A stretch of 64,000 nt of DNA from Octopus sinensis (lineage: Eukaryota). Below, one piece after another: positions 12,935 to 25,470 of the stretch (position 1 is the stretch's first letter; each line of letters opens with the position of its first letter). Both the position numbers and the translations under genes were made by a program. Below the pieces are notes generated by a model. The model was given only the letters and a program-made list of their open reading frames with translations, was not told the origin of the DNA and searched no databases. Location of the stretch: assembly GCF_006345805.1 (NCBI RefSeq), contig NC_043000.1:8742001-8806000 (forward strand), read 5' to 3'.

Positions 12935-13210
12935 GGAGGCACATGGCATAGTGGTTAGAGCAGCGGACCCGCGGTCGAGAGATCGCGGGTTCGAATCTCA
13001 GACCGAGCGATGTGTGTGTTTATGAGCAAAACACCTAAGCTCCACGCGACTCCAGCAGAAGGAAATGGCAAACTTCTGCTGACTCTTTCGCTACAACTTT
13101 CTCTCACATGCGATGGACCGGCGTCCCATCCAGGTGGGGACCTATACGCCAATGAAACCAGGAAACCGGACCATTATGAGCCAGAAATGGCTTGAGAAGG
13201 AACAAAGAAT
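12935..13210 (+). mobile_element. tRNA-derived SINE (family D)
   Basis: A box TGGCATAGTGG, B box GGTTCGAATC, body GCGATGGACCGGCGTCCCATCCAGG...GAAACCGG. Confidence 0.8.
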
Positions 13211-13981
13211 AGGACAGGAAGTTTTGTGATATTTTTCCTTTCTAATTTTTGCTCACGACCAGCGATTTTGAGAAGCGGTGGTAAGTTGGTTACATTGATT
13301 TCAGTATTTGACTGGTCAACTTTGCCTTTCATCGTGTCGGGTTCGATAAAATACGTGCCACTTCCATACATGGGTCCTTATAGTCGACTAACCACTCCAC
13401 AAAGTTTCTGGCATTGTGCCAAAATAAAAAAGGAATGGTAACTGTCGCACACACAAACACAGATATGTAAAGACATCTAATTTAAAAATATAAATCGAAA
13501 TTATCTTTGCGATTAGAATATAAATGACGCTCCCTAGGAAGTGTTTAAAATCTGAAATTAGTAAGGGAGATAATATATACATCACAGAATCCTTTCGAAC
13601 CTATGACACGAGAAGGATGCACGCACGCACGCACGTGCGCACACACACACACACACACGCGCGCGCATCATATATATATCATACTATGCGATGACTTCAC
13701 TGCTCGTTTTATCTGTTTCATGCCCCGGGTTATCAGTCTAGCGAGAAAATTTTGTATTAACATTTGTATTAACAGGTCGATTTTCCCTGCTATACACCTT
13801 ACTAACTAGATTTTGCAAGGATTACTGTCTGACCTATTCCCCTGGATTTCCTGAATCCCTCTTCTCTCTCTGTCTCTCTGTGTCACATTCTCTGTCTCTT
13901 TATCTCTCTGTACATAGATGCATACATTCATACATACATACATCATACATACATACATACATACATACATACATACATACA

Positions 13982-14014
<33 letters not shown>

Positions 14015-14039
14015 CCATTCAAAATGTGACCGCGTGTGT

Positions 14040-14232
14040 ACCGTTGGCGATTTTTTTCCTCCGTCTTCCCTTTTCTGGATCTCTCCTTTTCCTATGTTTC
14101 TGACGAAGAGCTCCGCTCGAAATGTTAAACCCCACTTCTTCCCTTCCTTCCTGGGCGTCCAATAATACTATATTTGTTCCACGTCTTCGCGTTGTTGTGT
14201 TTTCTCTTTGTGTTTTCATGTTTGGATAAACT
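14040..14232 (+). mobile_element. Penelope-like pLTR 3' fragment ending in (TA)n
   Basis: Pyrimidine-rich segment containing a minimal HHR, terminating ~100 nt later in (TA)n. Confidence 0.6.
14096..14130 (+). ncRNA. Minimal type I hammerhead motif
   Basis: GUUU-CUGACGA-A-GAGC-UCC-GCUC-GAAA-UG-U-U-AAAC: 4-bp stem I and 4-bp stem II. Stem III is reduced to A(U/C)GU, the dimer-requiring type. Confidence 0.7.
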
Positions 14233-14233
14233 T

Positions 14234-14269
<36 letters not shown>

Positions 14270-14667
14270 ACTTGATAAATTCTTATATAGATTTTATCCT
14301 TATATTTAATTTTAAATTTAACCGGAATATATTCAGTGCTGAATAATTCCGAATAAACACGTGTACCGAGATGTCATTTGAAAAGCCCGCCTATTACATA
14401 GACATGTAAGTGTGAACATTTCTTTGTGCTGTGTTGGATACATTTGCTGTTCGTCTGGCATGTGAATTTGGTTCATTTTTATGTTTTCTGATTATGCCTG
14501 CACTGACGATTAGAAAGTGGATTATGTAGACTAACTATGAAATTACATGATTTGCAGGTAAATCTGTTTTTAAGAGACGACTTCCAGATTGCATTCACTC
14601 GCTGTCTGTAGACTGTATACACGGTGGAGGGGGCGAACAAACACAGGCACACATACTTAGATATATA

Positions 14668-14812
14668 GATACGACGGACTTGTTTTAATTTCCACTTAAC
14701 ATATTCACTCACAAGGCTTTGGTTGGCCAATGGCTATAATAGAAGACACTTGCCCAAGGTGCCACGCAGTGGGGTTGAACCCGAAACCATGCGGTGAGAA
14801 GCAAGCTTCTTA
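14668..14812 (-). mobile_element. SINE family C head fragment
   Basis: GAAGACACTTGCCCAAGGTGCCACGCAGTGG segment shared with other copies. Confidence 0.75.
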
Positions 14813-14897
14813 ATGCATGTATATATATATATATAATATATATATATATATAATATATATATATATATATACATACATACATACATACATACATACA

Positions 14898-14933
<36 letters not shown>

Positions 14934-15292
14934 TACATATATATATATATTTATATATATATAAATGTATGTATGTATGTATGTATGTATATGTATGCGT
15001 TTATATATATATATATGCATTCATATAGATACATAGACATGTGTGTAGATAAATGATATAATCTATGGAATTACCTAAGAACTTATGTAAATATACAACG
15101 AAATAGAATCACAAATGAAATCGCCATCTGTGTATTATCCTAAATTTATATTCACCGCTGGGAGGCATGGGATGTGGAATTGTCCGCGATAAAATCTCTT
15201 CAGAGACTTGTCGTGTTGAAAACATAATAACCGTGAATGGTATTCACAGTTCCTGTATATCGAGACCAAATCGAGGCACAGTATTGACCGCG

Positions 15293-15328
<36 letters not shown>

Positions 15329-15332
15329 TTAT

Positions 15333-15371
<39 letters not shown>

Positions 15372-15373
<2 letters not shown>

Positions 15374-17011
15374 GATTGAATACCTTTCACCACGACCAGC
15401 TTTTATTACTCTGAAAGACCATAAAGACAATTTTAGTAGAAACCCCCAATGTAGATTGATAAATCCGGCTAAAACTGAGATAGAAATTATTAGCAAAATA
15501 TTTTTAGACCGTATTTTAGTTAAGTTAGATAGTGAAGTAGACTTGAGAATTTGGAAGAATAGTAAGTCAGTTATAGAGTGGTTTAAAGGTATTAGCTATA
15601 ATAATAATTGTAGTTTCACACAATTCGACATTATTGACTTTTACCCGTCGATATCTAGGACGTTGCTCCTAAGGGCATTGGACTTCGCCAAGCAGTATGT
15701 CAACATCGATAGCTCGGAAATTGAAATTATTATGCATGCGAGGGAATCGCTTCTGTTTTTCGAGGATTCCACCTGGATTAAGAAGACTGAGGATTCTCTT
15801 TTCGATGTACCGATGGGGGCATACGACGGGGCTGAATATGTATGCTCATAGGAGCCTTTATTCTCCATAATCTAAAAATAGAATTCCCATTTATAGATGC
15901 AGGTCTATATAGGGATGACGGCCTTATAGCCACGCATAATCTGAACGGCCATGAATCAGATAGACTTAGGAAGGACCTTATAGCTTTCTTTCAAAGGATG
16001 GCTTACGGATTACGATAGATACTAACCTGAATAGTGTAGATTTTTTAGACGTAAATTTTAATGTAAGATCGGATAGATTAAAACCTTTCCGTAAGCCCAA
16101 TGAAAAGCTATCGTATATTAGCAAAGATTCGAACCATCCACCAGTTATCCTTAGCAACTTAGTCAGCAATGTAGGTAGAAGAATCTTCAATTCTTCGGAC
16201 GAGGCAGCATTCCATAATGCTGCACCTTATTACGATAGCGCATTAAAGAATAGTGGATTCTCGGAGAAGATCCAGTTCAACCAGCTTAATGCTAATAATA
16301 ATGCTGCACGAAGAACTAGGACCAGGAAAGTTTTGTGGTTCAACCCGGCTTTCAATTTGGCCGTAAAGACTAATATAGGTAAGGAATTTTTTGAGATTAG
16401 TCTCTAAGCATTTTAAGCAGGGTCATAAATTCTACAGAATATTTAATAGAAGAACCCTGAAGGTTAGCTATTCTTGTTGCAGAAATTTCGCCTCTTACAT
16501 TAGCCAACATAATAGGAAGCTAATTGAGATTAGACATGGTGCCGAGCCCATTAAGAAATGTAATTTCAAAAACGAAAGCTCCTGTCCGTTAGAAGGGAAA
16601 TGTCTAGTGAAAGGAGTAGTTTATAGAGCCAAGGTGCAAGTGGAAGGCTCATCGGAATACAAGACATACACAGGGGCTTCAGAAAATTCATTTAAAACAA
16701 GATTATATTCTCATAAGAATTCTTTTAAATACCCAGAGAATAGGAAGAAAACCAGCCTAGCAAAATATGTCTGGGAACTAAAAGAAAAGGAAGCCCCACC
16801 TTTCAACGTGACATGGAGCATTCTGGACAGGGCGGCACCATACAGGCATGGAGCTTACAAATATAATTTCAAGTGCAGGCTTTGCTTATTAGAGAAAATG
16901 CACATATTATTCAAAGACAATAATTCTTTGAATCAAAGAAGTGAGTTAATGAACTTATGTAGGCACGCGGCTAAATTTAAAATGTCGAATATAAATATAC
17001 CATATGGATAG
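15372..17011 (+). pseudogene. PLE reverse transcriptase-GIY-YIG ORF, frameshifted
   Basis: AFITLKDHKDNF..CRLINPAK, FDIIDFYPSI, FDVPMGAYDGAE, GLYRDDG (catalytic, ~15902), DFLDV, WFNP. C-terminal CN(F)..CPLEGKCL, VVY..TYTG..FKTR.YSH, CRLCLLEK, LCRH. Frameshifts near 15840, 16000 and 16185. Confidence 0.92.
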
Positions 17012-18017
17012 AGTATATATTTTGTATTTTGATTTTTGATTTTTGATTTTGACTCTTGAGCGCTACGACGGATCTATAGCAAAGTCTTATTGTTTCTACA
17101 TATATATTAGGAAAAACCTACAAACTTTGTTTTCATGTTATTGTATTGCATAGGATTACCTTGATTATTTATATTACCTTGATTATTTATAAATGACCCA
17201 AAATAGGATGTTATATTTTATTTTATATGTCTTTCGTATATATTTTTATTAATGCACCCATTTTTTAAAAGCAATGTTTTTTTTTTTTTAAAAAAAGCAA
17301 TGTTGTCTAATTTAGAATGTTTATATAAGTTTGTGTATAGCAAAGCATATTTATTTGTAAGCATGCGTATCTGTGTATGTGTAAGTGAAAGTATGCTTGT
17401 GCTTTAGCACGCATACACACGACGGTATGTATATGTATCAATTCAAACTTGTGTATGTATACTGGCCTCTATAGATGCCAATAACATCGCTACAAGTTTT
17501 TTCCCCACCCCTCCTTCGTTCCTTTTTCTCTCTTTCCCTTTCTTTCGTTCCCCCTCCTTGCTCAGTATATGAGAATTGCTACATAGATGAATTTTAGCTT
17601 GCGTGCGAGACGGTTTGCGTGAATATATGTACACATGCTTTTATGTGTATATTTAGATTCATATTCATACGTCTGTATATGTATGTATGGCGTTTACGCG
17701 CATCCTTTTGTGTATGTTGATATATAGATGTGGATTTTAATATAAATATGTATTGCAGTATTTATAACAGGTTTAATTTCTATGCATTAATTTGTACTGT
17801 CTTCATTAACGGCAATAGGTTTTTTCCTCGGTTTTTTCCTCGGATTTTATAATTTTTATAAGTTTTTTTATATATATATACATATATTTTGACCTTTTTG
17901 TTTATCGCTCGAAGATTGACCGTTTTTTCTAAGGGCCAATCAAACAAGTCCATTTCTTTTTAAAGGTGTAGCGTTTGTAAGAGTATAGATTGAATTAATA
18001 TATAAGTTCCATTCTAG

Positions 18018-18067
18018 CAAAAACTGTCTGATGAACGGCAACGAGAAACTCAGAGTAACAGATTTTG
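18018..18067 (+). ncRNA. Type I hammerhead ribozyme at PLE 3' end
   Basis: Stem I CAAAAACUGU/ACAGAUUUUG (9/10 pairs), CUGAUGA, A-CG-GCAA-CG-A, GAAA, stem III ACUC-A-GAGU, GUA triplet (cut after 18057). Confidence 0.8.
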
Positions 18068-18094
18068 TTGAATTTTCTGCTGCTTAAAATAAAG

Positions 18095-18127
<33 letters not shown>

Positions 18128-18136
18128 ATATATATA

Positions 18137-18462
18137 ATGTCGAATTTTATTTGGCTGATCTAGAAACGTAACGTTCTCAAATAATCTTTGCACTTGTGAT
18201 TTTTTAATGTTTTTTACCCCCATACCTTCGTGGGTTATTCTGAGTAAACACTATCTGAGAGAAATTTTCTTTAAGTATTAGAAATAGCTAAAAAAACTTT
18301 TTAGCTGCTATTTCTAATGAGTTCAGTATGTGGCAAAGTAATTTATTTTACTAAGCCCTTTTATATAATGTAATATTTTGAATTCGCCTTAAATGGTCCT
18401 TTTACATACTGAATACTTGGTGAAATTGATTAATAACTAATTAATTTTACCCTCAATTGTTG

Positions 18463-18466
<4 letters not shown>
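18137..18466 (+). mobile_element. Short (TA)n-embedded repeat, probable PLE pLTR remnant with collapsed HHR
   Basis: The 3' end resembles 40635-40805. Contains TTATTTGG-CTGAT-CTA-GAAA-CGTAACGT-T-CTCAAATAA. Confidence 0.4.
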
Positions 18467-18512
<46 letters not shown>

Positions 18513-18767
18513 GCATATAAGTGTGTGTGTGTATGCGCGCCTGCGCGCGTATGTGTATTGTGTTAGAACACAATAACTCTATGTAAAGAGTTTATTTCAG
18601 ACATTATGCCTTCTAGCCTTGTGTATACCTTTCGTATAAAACACAGACGGCGATTTCACTGCGAAAATTTCAAGTAACTGTCGACTAGAAACCATTGTAT
18701 TCGATATTCTAAAACCGGCGAAGTTTGTAGATAAGATCCACATACATTTTTAAAGTTGATGTGCAAT

Positions 18768-19147
18768 TCTGAGAAGGACCGAGAGAAATGTGTGGTGTGA
18801 CGCTGTTTGATAAGCGGAAGACTGAGGAGTGTATAGGGATGCTGGGATTAGAGGAATCGGCGGAATGGCTGGCAAGGGCGAACGGAGTGCGATGGTATGG
18901 GTATGTGTTGAGGAGGGATGAGGAGCATGGTCTGAGTTTGAGGTAAATGGACCGTGAAAGCAAAGTAGGCCGAGGAAAATGTGGAGGGGACAGGTGGCGG
19001 AGGAGATTAGGAGTGTTGGCTCGAGAAGGGAGGATGCCCCAAACCGGGCAAGATGGCCAGATGGTGTGAGTGTGTATCTATGGCATTGAGGTAAATCCAG
19101 CCATCCCCGTTAACGAGGACAAAACACTGGTTGATGATAATGATGAT
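18768..19147 (+). mobile_element. RTE-clade LINE 3' fragment
   Basis: LRRTER.MCGVTLFDK..., ARANGVRWYGYVLRRDE, RPRKMW..QV.EE, REDA.NRARW, followed by a (GAT)n-like tail. Confidence 0.85.
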
Positions 19148-19199
19148 GTGCCACGACATTCTGCTTTTAGATAAGAAAATATACTTCTACATAGTTTTA

Positions 19200-19536
19200 C
19201 ACCCTAACCCTAAAACCCTAACCCTAACCCTAAAACCCCAACCCTAACCATGAAATCCTAACCCTAAAACCTTAAAACCAGTACAAACGAAATATACACC
19301 GCCGGAAGTTCTTGTTTACAAACAACAGCAGTAATTTTATTCAGCTGAATACACGTCATTGATTGGTTGAAATTACCGAAATACGAGAACTTTATCGTGA
19401 AATAACTTCGTAAATATAAGTTTTTTCTCAAAAAAAGATGTTTTATATGACACATTCTACCAGTGTCTGAAGTTTGAAAGTGTTTAGTTACAAAAAAATA
19501 TTTTTTTAATCTGTAGGTCAAAAGGTAAAGATCCCG
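19200..19536 (-). mobile_element. Non-autonomous DNA element with telomere-like (CCCTAA)n tract
   Basis: (CCCTAA/CCCTAAAA)n at 19201-19276. The body shares ACTGGTAGAATGTG..ATAAAACATC and AATTTCAACCAATCAATGACGT with 37183-37616; end GGGATCTT. Confidence 0.6.
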
Positions 19537-19562
19537 TTTATCTACTCTGCATTGTAATAATG

Positions 19563-19570
<8 letters not shown>

Positions 19571-19614
<44 letters not shown>

Positions 19615-20126
19615 TTATACATTTATATATATATGTGTGTGTGTGTGTGTGTATGTACGTATGTATGTATTTATGTATGTATATACCTATGAGTTATTTG
19701 AGTGAATGAGATTTTTTTTTTTTTTATTTTTGTCTACGTATGTATGTGCGTATAAGCATATGTGTATAGTGCAGTTTTGGAGGGTTGATTAGAGAGAGAA
19801 AGGACACAAAGAAAAGGCTGTTTTTCTGGGATGGTTGAAATTGATGTCATGCATGTATGTGTATGTGTATGCAACATTCCCTTTTCTTCCTGGGAAAACA
19901 AAGCATCAGAACGCAGGAGGTGGCGCCAGTCCTGCTGCTCCTCAGTTCAAAAATTTGAGCAAAGTCGACTCCGACACCAGAACCAACTTCGTGCAAGCAT
20001 GCAAGGCACCAACGGGCCGCAAGAGACACATTCCTGTCCATAGAACATAATGCTTAATTTAATGAACCCTCATTTGTCCTTCATAACAAGATAATCCGCA
20101 ACGTGTGTATGCATGTACACACACAC

Positions 20127-20161
<35 letters not shown>

Positions 20162-20169
20162 TATACATT

Positions 20170-20200
<31 letters not shown>

Positions 20201-20666
20201 ATGTACGTATGTATGTATTTATGTATGTATATACCTATGAGTTATTTGAGTGAATGAGATTTTTTTTTTTTTTATTTTTGTCTACGTATGTATGTGCGTA
20301 TAAGCATATGTGTATAGTGCAGTTTTGGAGGGTTGATTAGAGAGAGAAAGGACACAAAGAAAAGGCTGTTTTTCTGGGATGGTTGAAATTGATGTCATGC
20401 ATGTATGTGTATGTGTATGCAACATTCCCTTTTCTTCCTGGGAAAACAAAGCATCAGAACGCAGGAGGTGGCGCCAGTCCTGCTGCTCCTCAGTTCAAAA
20501 ATTTGAGCAAAGTCGACTCCGACACCAGAACCAACTTCGTGCAAGCATGCAAGGCACCAACGGGCCGCAAGAGACACATTCCTGTCCATAGAACATAATG
20601 CTTAATTTAATGAACCCTCATTTGTCCTTCATAACAAGATAATCCGCAACGTGTGTATGCATGTAC
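19571..20666. repeat. 548-bp tandem duplication (19571-20118, 20119-20666)
   Basis: Identical ORFs at 19831 and 20379. The copies appear to differ only in microsatellite tracts, and the breakpoints lie in (CA)n. Confidence 0.92.
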
Positions 20667-21019
20667 ACACACACACACACACACACAAATACACACACAC
20701 ACACATCACATCACATGACATCACATCACATGCACATCAGTACAGACAAGCAATAGATTGAATCTGTCATCTAATAAATCGCCACCACCAGGCTAAGGCT
20801 CTTTCCTTGTAAGAAGAATTCAAAAAATATAAAGAAAAATGTAACAAACATAAACACACAGATATAAATACAAAGATACATGCTTAATAATGCATACGTT
20901 CTTCCTTCTTAATGATACATTGAGGGACATTTCTATATACGCCTACACTCATACAGATAGATAGGTGGTGATAGATAGATATATAGACAGAGGAATAGAT
21001 TATAGATAAATAGATAGAT

Positions 21020-21132
<113 letters not shown>

Positions 21133-21968
21133 TCCAAAGACCTCTGAACCTGGTTATTTCACTTGAGATTGCTGTCAAGATTGTTAAACTTCTCAATATA
21201 ACCTAAAGAGTTTAGAAACAACCAAAGTAATTGGTAATGAAGTTTAGTGAATGTCTATAACTTTTAAAGACTGGCCATCGATAATTTCTGTTCTGGTCGT
21301 TAAAAGCAGGCAGTATCGCTATTGTCAGTTACGATTTCTAAACTACGTTAACTGACAGCATTATGATCCCAATGTTCTCCTAGCTAAAGAATATTAGTAC
21401 CTTATTGATTGGTAGAGAAGTTAGAAATTAGTTTGATTGAGTGTTGAGGTTTCGTTCTAGCGGCAATGAAGATATATGATAAAGACGTAGGTGAGAAATG
21501 ACGGAATATATAGAAGTAATGTAACGAAAGTGTTGTAATAATGAAGTAGAATTGCATAAGTGAATATACGGTACAGGAATCGTTCCCGACATCACCTTCT
21601 TTGGAAAGTGTTGTGGACTCTGCTTGGAGAAACCAGAAATGTAATTCAAATGAAATAAGGGAACGTTGCGTAACTTTTAATCAACTTTAATCAATTGGGT
21701 AATAAACATGTCTGATTCCAACCTGCCGAAAGTTGCCTTTGCTTGTATGATGCAAATACCCTGTTTTAAAATGCTAGTAATTAAAACCTTCTGTCAGAAT
21801 TTTATGCTGATTTATGTTCTAAGCACCAGCTTAATGATGGTTTCACATTTTTGTACAAGGCCAGCAAATTGAGAGGGAGTGGATTAGTCGATTACATCGA
21901 CCCTAGTGCTCAACTGGTACTTATGTTAATGATTATGACAGCTTGCCGTCTTACAGCAGTGTAATAAC

Positions 21969-22880
21969 GGTTTCAAATTTTGGCACAAGGCCAGAAATTT
22001 CGGGGGATGAGGTAAGTCGGTTACATCGACCCCAGTTCTTAGCTGGTACTTACTTCATAAGCACCGAAAAAATTGAAAGACGAAGTCAACCTCGGCAGAG
22101 TTTGAACTCAGAATTTAAAGATAGACGAAATACCGCAAAGTATTTTACCTGGTGCGGTAACGATTCTGCCAGCTCGCCAGCCTACAGCAGCTTGATAATG
22201 AAAACATAATTTTTAAAAATTCTTTATAAATTTCAAAGCTAATTGAAACAAAGACTGTGTACTTCAGCAGAAATATAGTAACATAAGAGCAATATACTAG
22301 TGGCCTAAGTCAACGTGGGTGTTGCTCAGCGTGGTTGAAGTAGCAATCAAATCTTCTGTAAATTACATCTTAACACCTGCACCTTGATAAACGAGAAGCA
22401 TATGGCACATTACTCGATGCTCAACGGGATGGTTATGGGTGGAATGCCTTTGATCATATCCCCGATCAATCAGGACTAATAACAACATTAATAACAAATC
22501 AGTGAATTTAATCGACGAACCATTACCATCAAATTTATGGCCATAGACGGTGGATTGGTAGAATCGTAAAATCACCGCCCAAAATTCGTTGTAGTATTTC
22601 TCCAGGCTGTTATGTTCTGAGCTCAAATCTCATCGAAGCTAATTTTTGCCTTGCATCCGGCTTCGGTAATTCATTAATTTACCTATTTCTTTACTGCCCA
22701 CAAAGAGCTACACACAGAGGCGACAAACAAGGACAGACAAACGGACCAAGTCGATTATATCGACACCAGTGCGTAACTGGTACTTAATTTAGCGACCCCG
22801 AAAGGATGAAAGGCAAAGTCGACCTCGGCGGAATTTGAACTTTCGCCCGGCGTGCTAACGTTTCTGCCAGCTAGCCGCCT
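21969..22880 (-). mobile_element. Two SINE family A copies (21969-22182, 22683-22880)
   Basis: Reverse complement of the family A head and core. Confidence 0.8.
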
Positions 22881-23649
22881 TCTTCATTAATTTACCACTC
22901 AAGTACTGAGCTTGATTTAATCAACTAACCCCTCCCTCCCAAATTTTGTGACCGAGTGCCGATGTTGTATAAACTATTGTTACCGACCAGCACAAGCTAT
23001 CAGTGAAGTGGAGCAAGTAGTAGATCGCCGGATATAATTTATTTGTTGCATTTCGTAGCGTTCTGAGTTCAAATTCATCTAATGTCAAATCTTTCTTTTT
23101 ATCTTTATGGAGTTGTTAAAATAAAATACTGAGGTCGAATTAAACGAGACACCTTATAAAATTAGCATTCTTAGCGTCACACTTCAAATCCTTTATTTTT
23201 GATTTAAAAAAAACAACATATTAACAGATTATAATTTTTAAAAGACCGTATTATGAATTATTTTTTGTGAATTATTTTTTTCGTTAGTAAAATCACCATT
23301 GAAATCTAAGAAAATCTGTGATGTTCGATAATTCTGATATTAATTTTTTTTATTAATACTTTTTTTTGTTAGAATTAGCTTTATTGAAGAATTGATAATG
23401 TGACAAAATTTATTAATTGCCCATTCTGAGATTGTTATTTGAAGCACTTACTGAAGATATCGAAAACAGCAGCAGCAACAACAACTACAACAACAGATAA
23501 CCACTACTAGTTCTACTATTGATGCGAAAACTTTCCCAGGTGTGCCTTCTGCATGAAAAATATATACTTAATAAAGTGAGCCACAGAACATTAAAAAAAA
23601 TCAATTAAAATTGCTTGCTTACTTGCTTATGTTACTGCTTTCTTATGAC

Positions 23650-24690
23650 AGCCCATTGATCCAGGACATTCATCTCCTTACCTCTCCAGCACATTGTTTC
23701 TCAAGACCGAAATAAGATAAGCATATCATATGGCGCTGAGGGCACTGAAAGTGACTCCAAACAACAGCTGCAAGAGGTTGATCACATCTTCTCCTCTCTT
23801 GCATTCGCTTTCAAAAGGCTCTACTCAAGCATCGCACATGGACTTTCGTGCCATCATCCAATTCGTGTCAACCGATCGGAAGGGACACCTAATACAATGA
23901 GAGACCGATGGAGATGATAATGTAAACGAAGTTTTGGACGTCCATGAAGCCTACCTCCAGTCTCGATCTCGTTGAAGAGGACCATCTTTGGGAGCCGGTT
24001 ACTTGGCATCCGAATCACATAGCCAACCCCAGCAAAGAAGACAACGAAGGATGCAGGTCTCAGCGTGGTAGATTCCTGCGCTTAGGAGGATTTCAGTATG
24101 AGGCATCTTGTCCTGCCACGTGAGACCGCTTTGGAGCGATCTGATATGGAATACTTCCAGTTGTTTGATATGGCACCGACCCCTACCTCTCTTCAAAACT
24201 CTCAGCTCGGTCTTCAAGTGAATCACCGAAAAACTGAAGCTCTCCAATCAGCCTTCCCGTACTCATCTCCTCCTCAACCCATCCTTATTGATGATGCTCC
24301 TCTACTTCAGGCAGACTTATTCCGCTATACTAGAAGAACGATCTCTAACATTAGACTCCTTAATGGGAAGATACTTCGTTAGAGCAACTCGGCCTCTGAA
24401 TTTTTAGGGAGACTAGTGAACGAGTCTTTCGGAATAAGAGCCTTAGAGCAAGTACAGTACAAAAATCTCCGTTTATCGAGCTGATTGTGTATCCACTCTT
24501 CCGTAGAGGTCTGTCTGTTGGATCCTTTATCGGCAGCAGATCAAACAACTATAAGCGTTCCACATCAGAACGCTCCAAACTATCCTCGGTCTCAAGTGGC
24601 AAGACAAGGTACCCTACACCGAAATCCTCTTATGGGCTGTGATCTGCAGCGTTGAAGCCTTTATCCTTCTACATCCGTAACGTACCTGAC
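23650..24690 (+). pseudogene. Highly degenerate RTE-clade LINE RT/C-terminal fragment
   Basis: GLQVNHRKTE, PILIDDAPLLQADLFRY, FLGRL, RVFRNKSL, KISVYRA, AFHIRTLQTILGLKWQDKVP, across frameshifts. Confidence 0.7.
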
Positions 24691-24739
24691 AAAAGGTGCA
24701 GCTATTCTTTTATCAGGCACGTTTTTTTACATAGCTCGT

Positions 24740-25470
24740 TTCTTTGACGGAGCTTTAGTCCTGGATCGTGCAAAAAAATCAACATTTAGTAACTGACGTC
24801 TGGAACGCTGTCATGTGCTCAGATCTTTCTGTCAGTCGGGCAATGCATTCAGTACAACTTCTACTTTTCTGAAAACTGGTGATGAGGAAGAGTGACCGCG
24901 TTTTCTGTGCATTGACAAGAACCAAGTGGCTGATCTGTTCCTGAGGATCTCTACCCGGGCACAATGGTTCATTTCTAGAAATCCGTAGCTTCGCAGTGCT
25001 AGTGGGAGTTATTGCCGGTCCGAGGTAAACTTTTACAGGCATGGAAGAGCCATTAGTAACATCTGTCCAAAATGTGCGCAGAAAGACGAAATCGTTCTGA
25101 GCTGATTAATTCTTTACCTGGGTTTTGCTAATTTTGAATTTTTATCTAACACCTGCTGTTGCAGATCAAAGCAATTCTCTGTCGGCCGAATTTGTCGTGA
25201 AAATCGCTCTGCTTTTTTTTTTTTTTTTTGATCTGGAAGGACAGGTAATAGTATTCTGGCTTATGGCCATGGCGAAAGAGGTTGTGTGATGGAGGCGACT
25301 GAAGAAAGTGAAAATAGACACGTTACTCTTCGGCCAAACCCACGTTGACTATTCCAGGTTCCACTTGGAAAGAAAAGTGACAATGGAGAAAGTGAGGTCC
25401 TCCTATTTAGTAAAGCATTTTAAAGTCACATGTATGGCCCTAGTAAATGGGTTCACACTCATCTTGCAAC
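24740..25470 (+). mobile_element. Degenerate Tx1/L1-type LINE 3' end
   Basis: RHGRAISNICPKCAQKD and MAKEVV*WRRL; homologous to 57660-58134. Confidence 0.7.

Larger units (their letters stand above)
15371..18094 (+). mobile_element. 5'-truncated Penelope-like retroelement (RT + GIY-YIG; Naiad-like)
   Basis: Coding remnants 15372-17011, ~1.1 kb 3' region, terminal HHR and AATAAA. Both ends abut (TA)n. Confidence 0.9.

Noticed and set aside
12935-13010. tRNA gene
   Set aside because: A/B boxes are present but there is no full cloverleaf, and the sequence continues into a SINE body.
15372-17011. Selenocysteine-encoding PLE
   Set aside because: The conserved Cys positions use TGT/TGC (one is TTC), and no in-frame TGA was seen at them.
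19201-19276. Interstitial telomere or chromosome fusion scar
   Set aside because: The short degenerate tract lies inside a dispersed repeat also seen at 37183-37616.
21461-21490. 30-nt plus-strand micro-exon (AMKIYDKDV)
   Set aside because: Splice-like signals of this strength arise by chance, and there is no homology.
22363-22626. 87-aa minus-strand ORF with a hydrophobic stretch
   Set aside because: No recognisable domain or consistent splice sites, and it is sandwiched between SINEs.
23451-23465. CTGAAGATATCGAAA minimal hammerhead
   Set aside because: No stem I, stem III or cleavage triplet.
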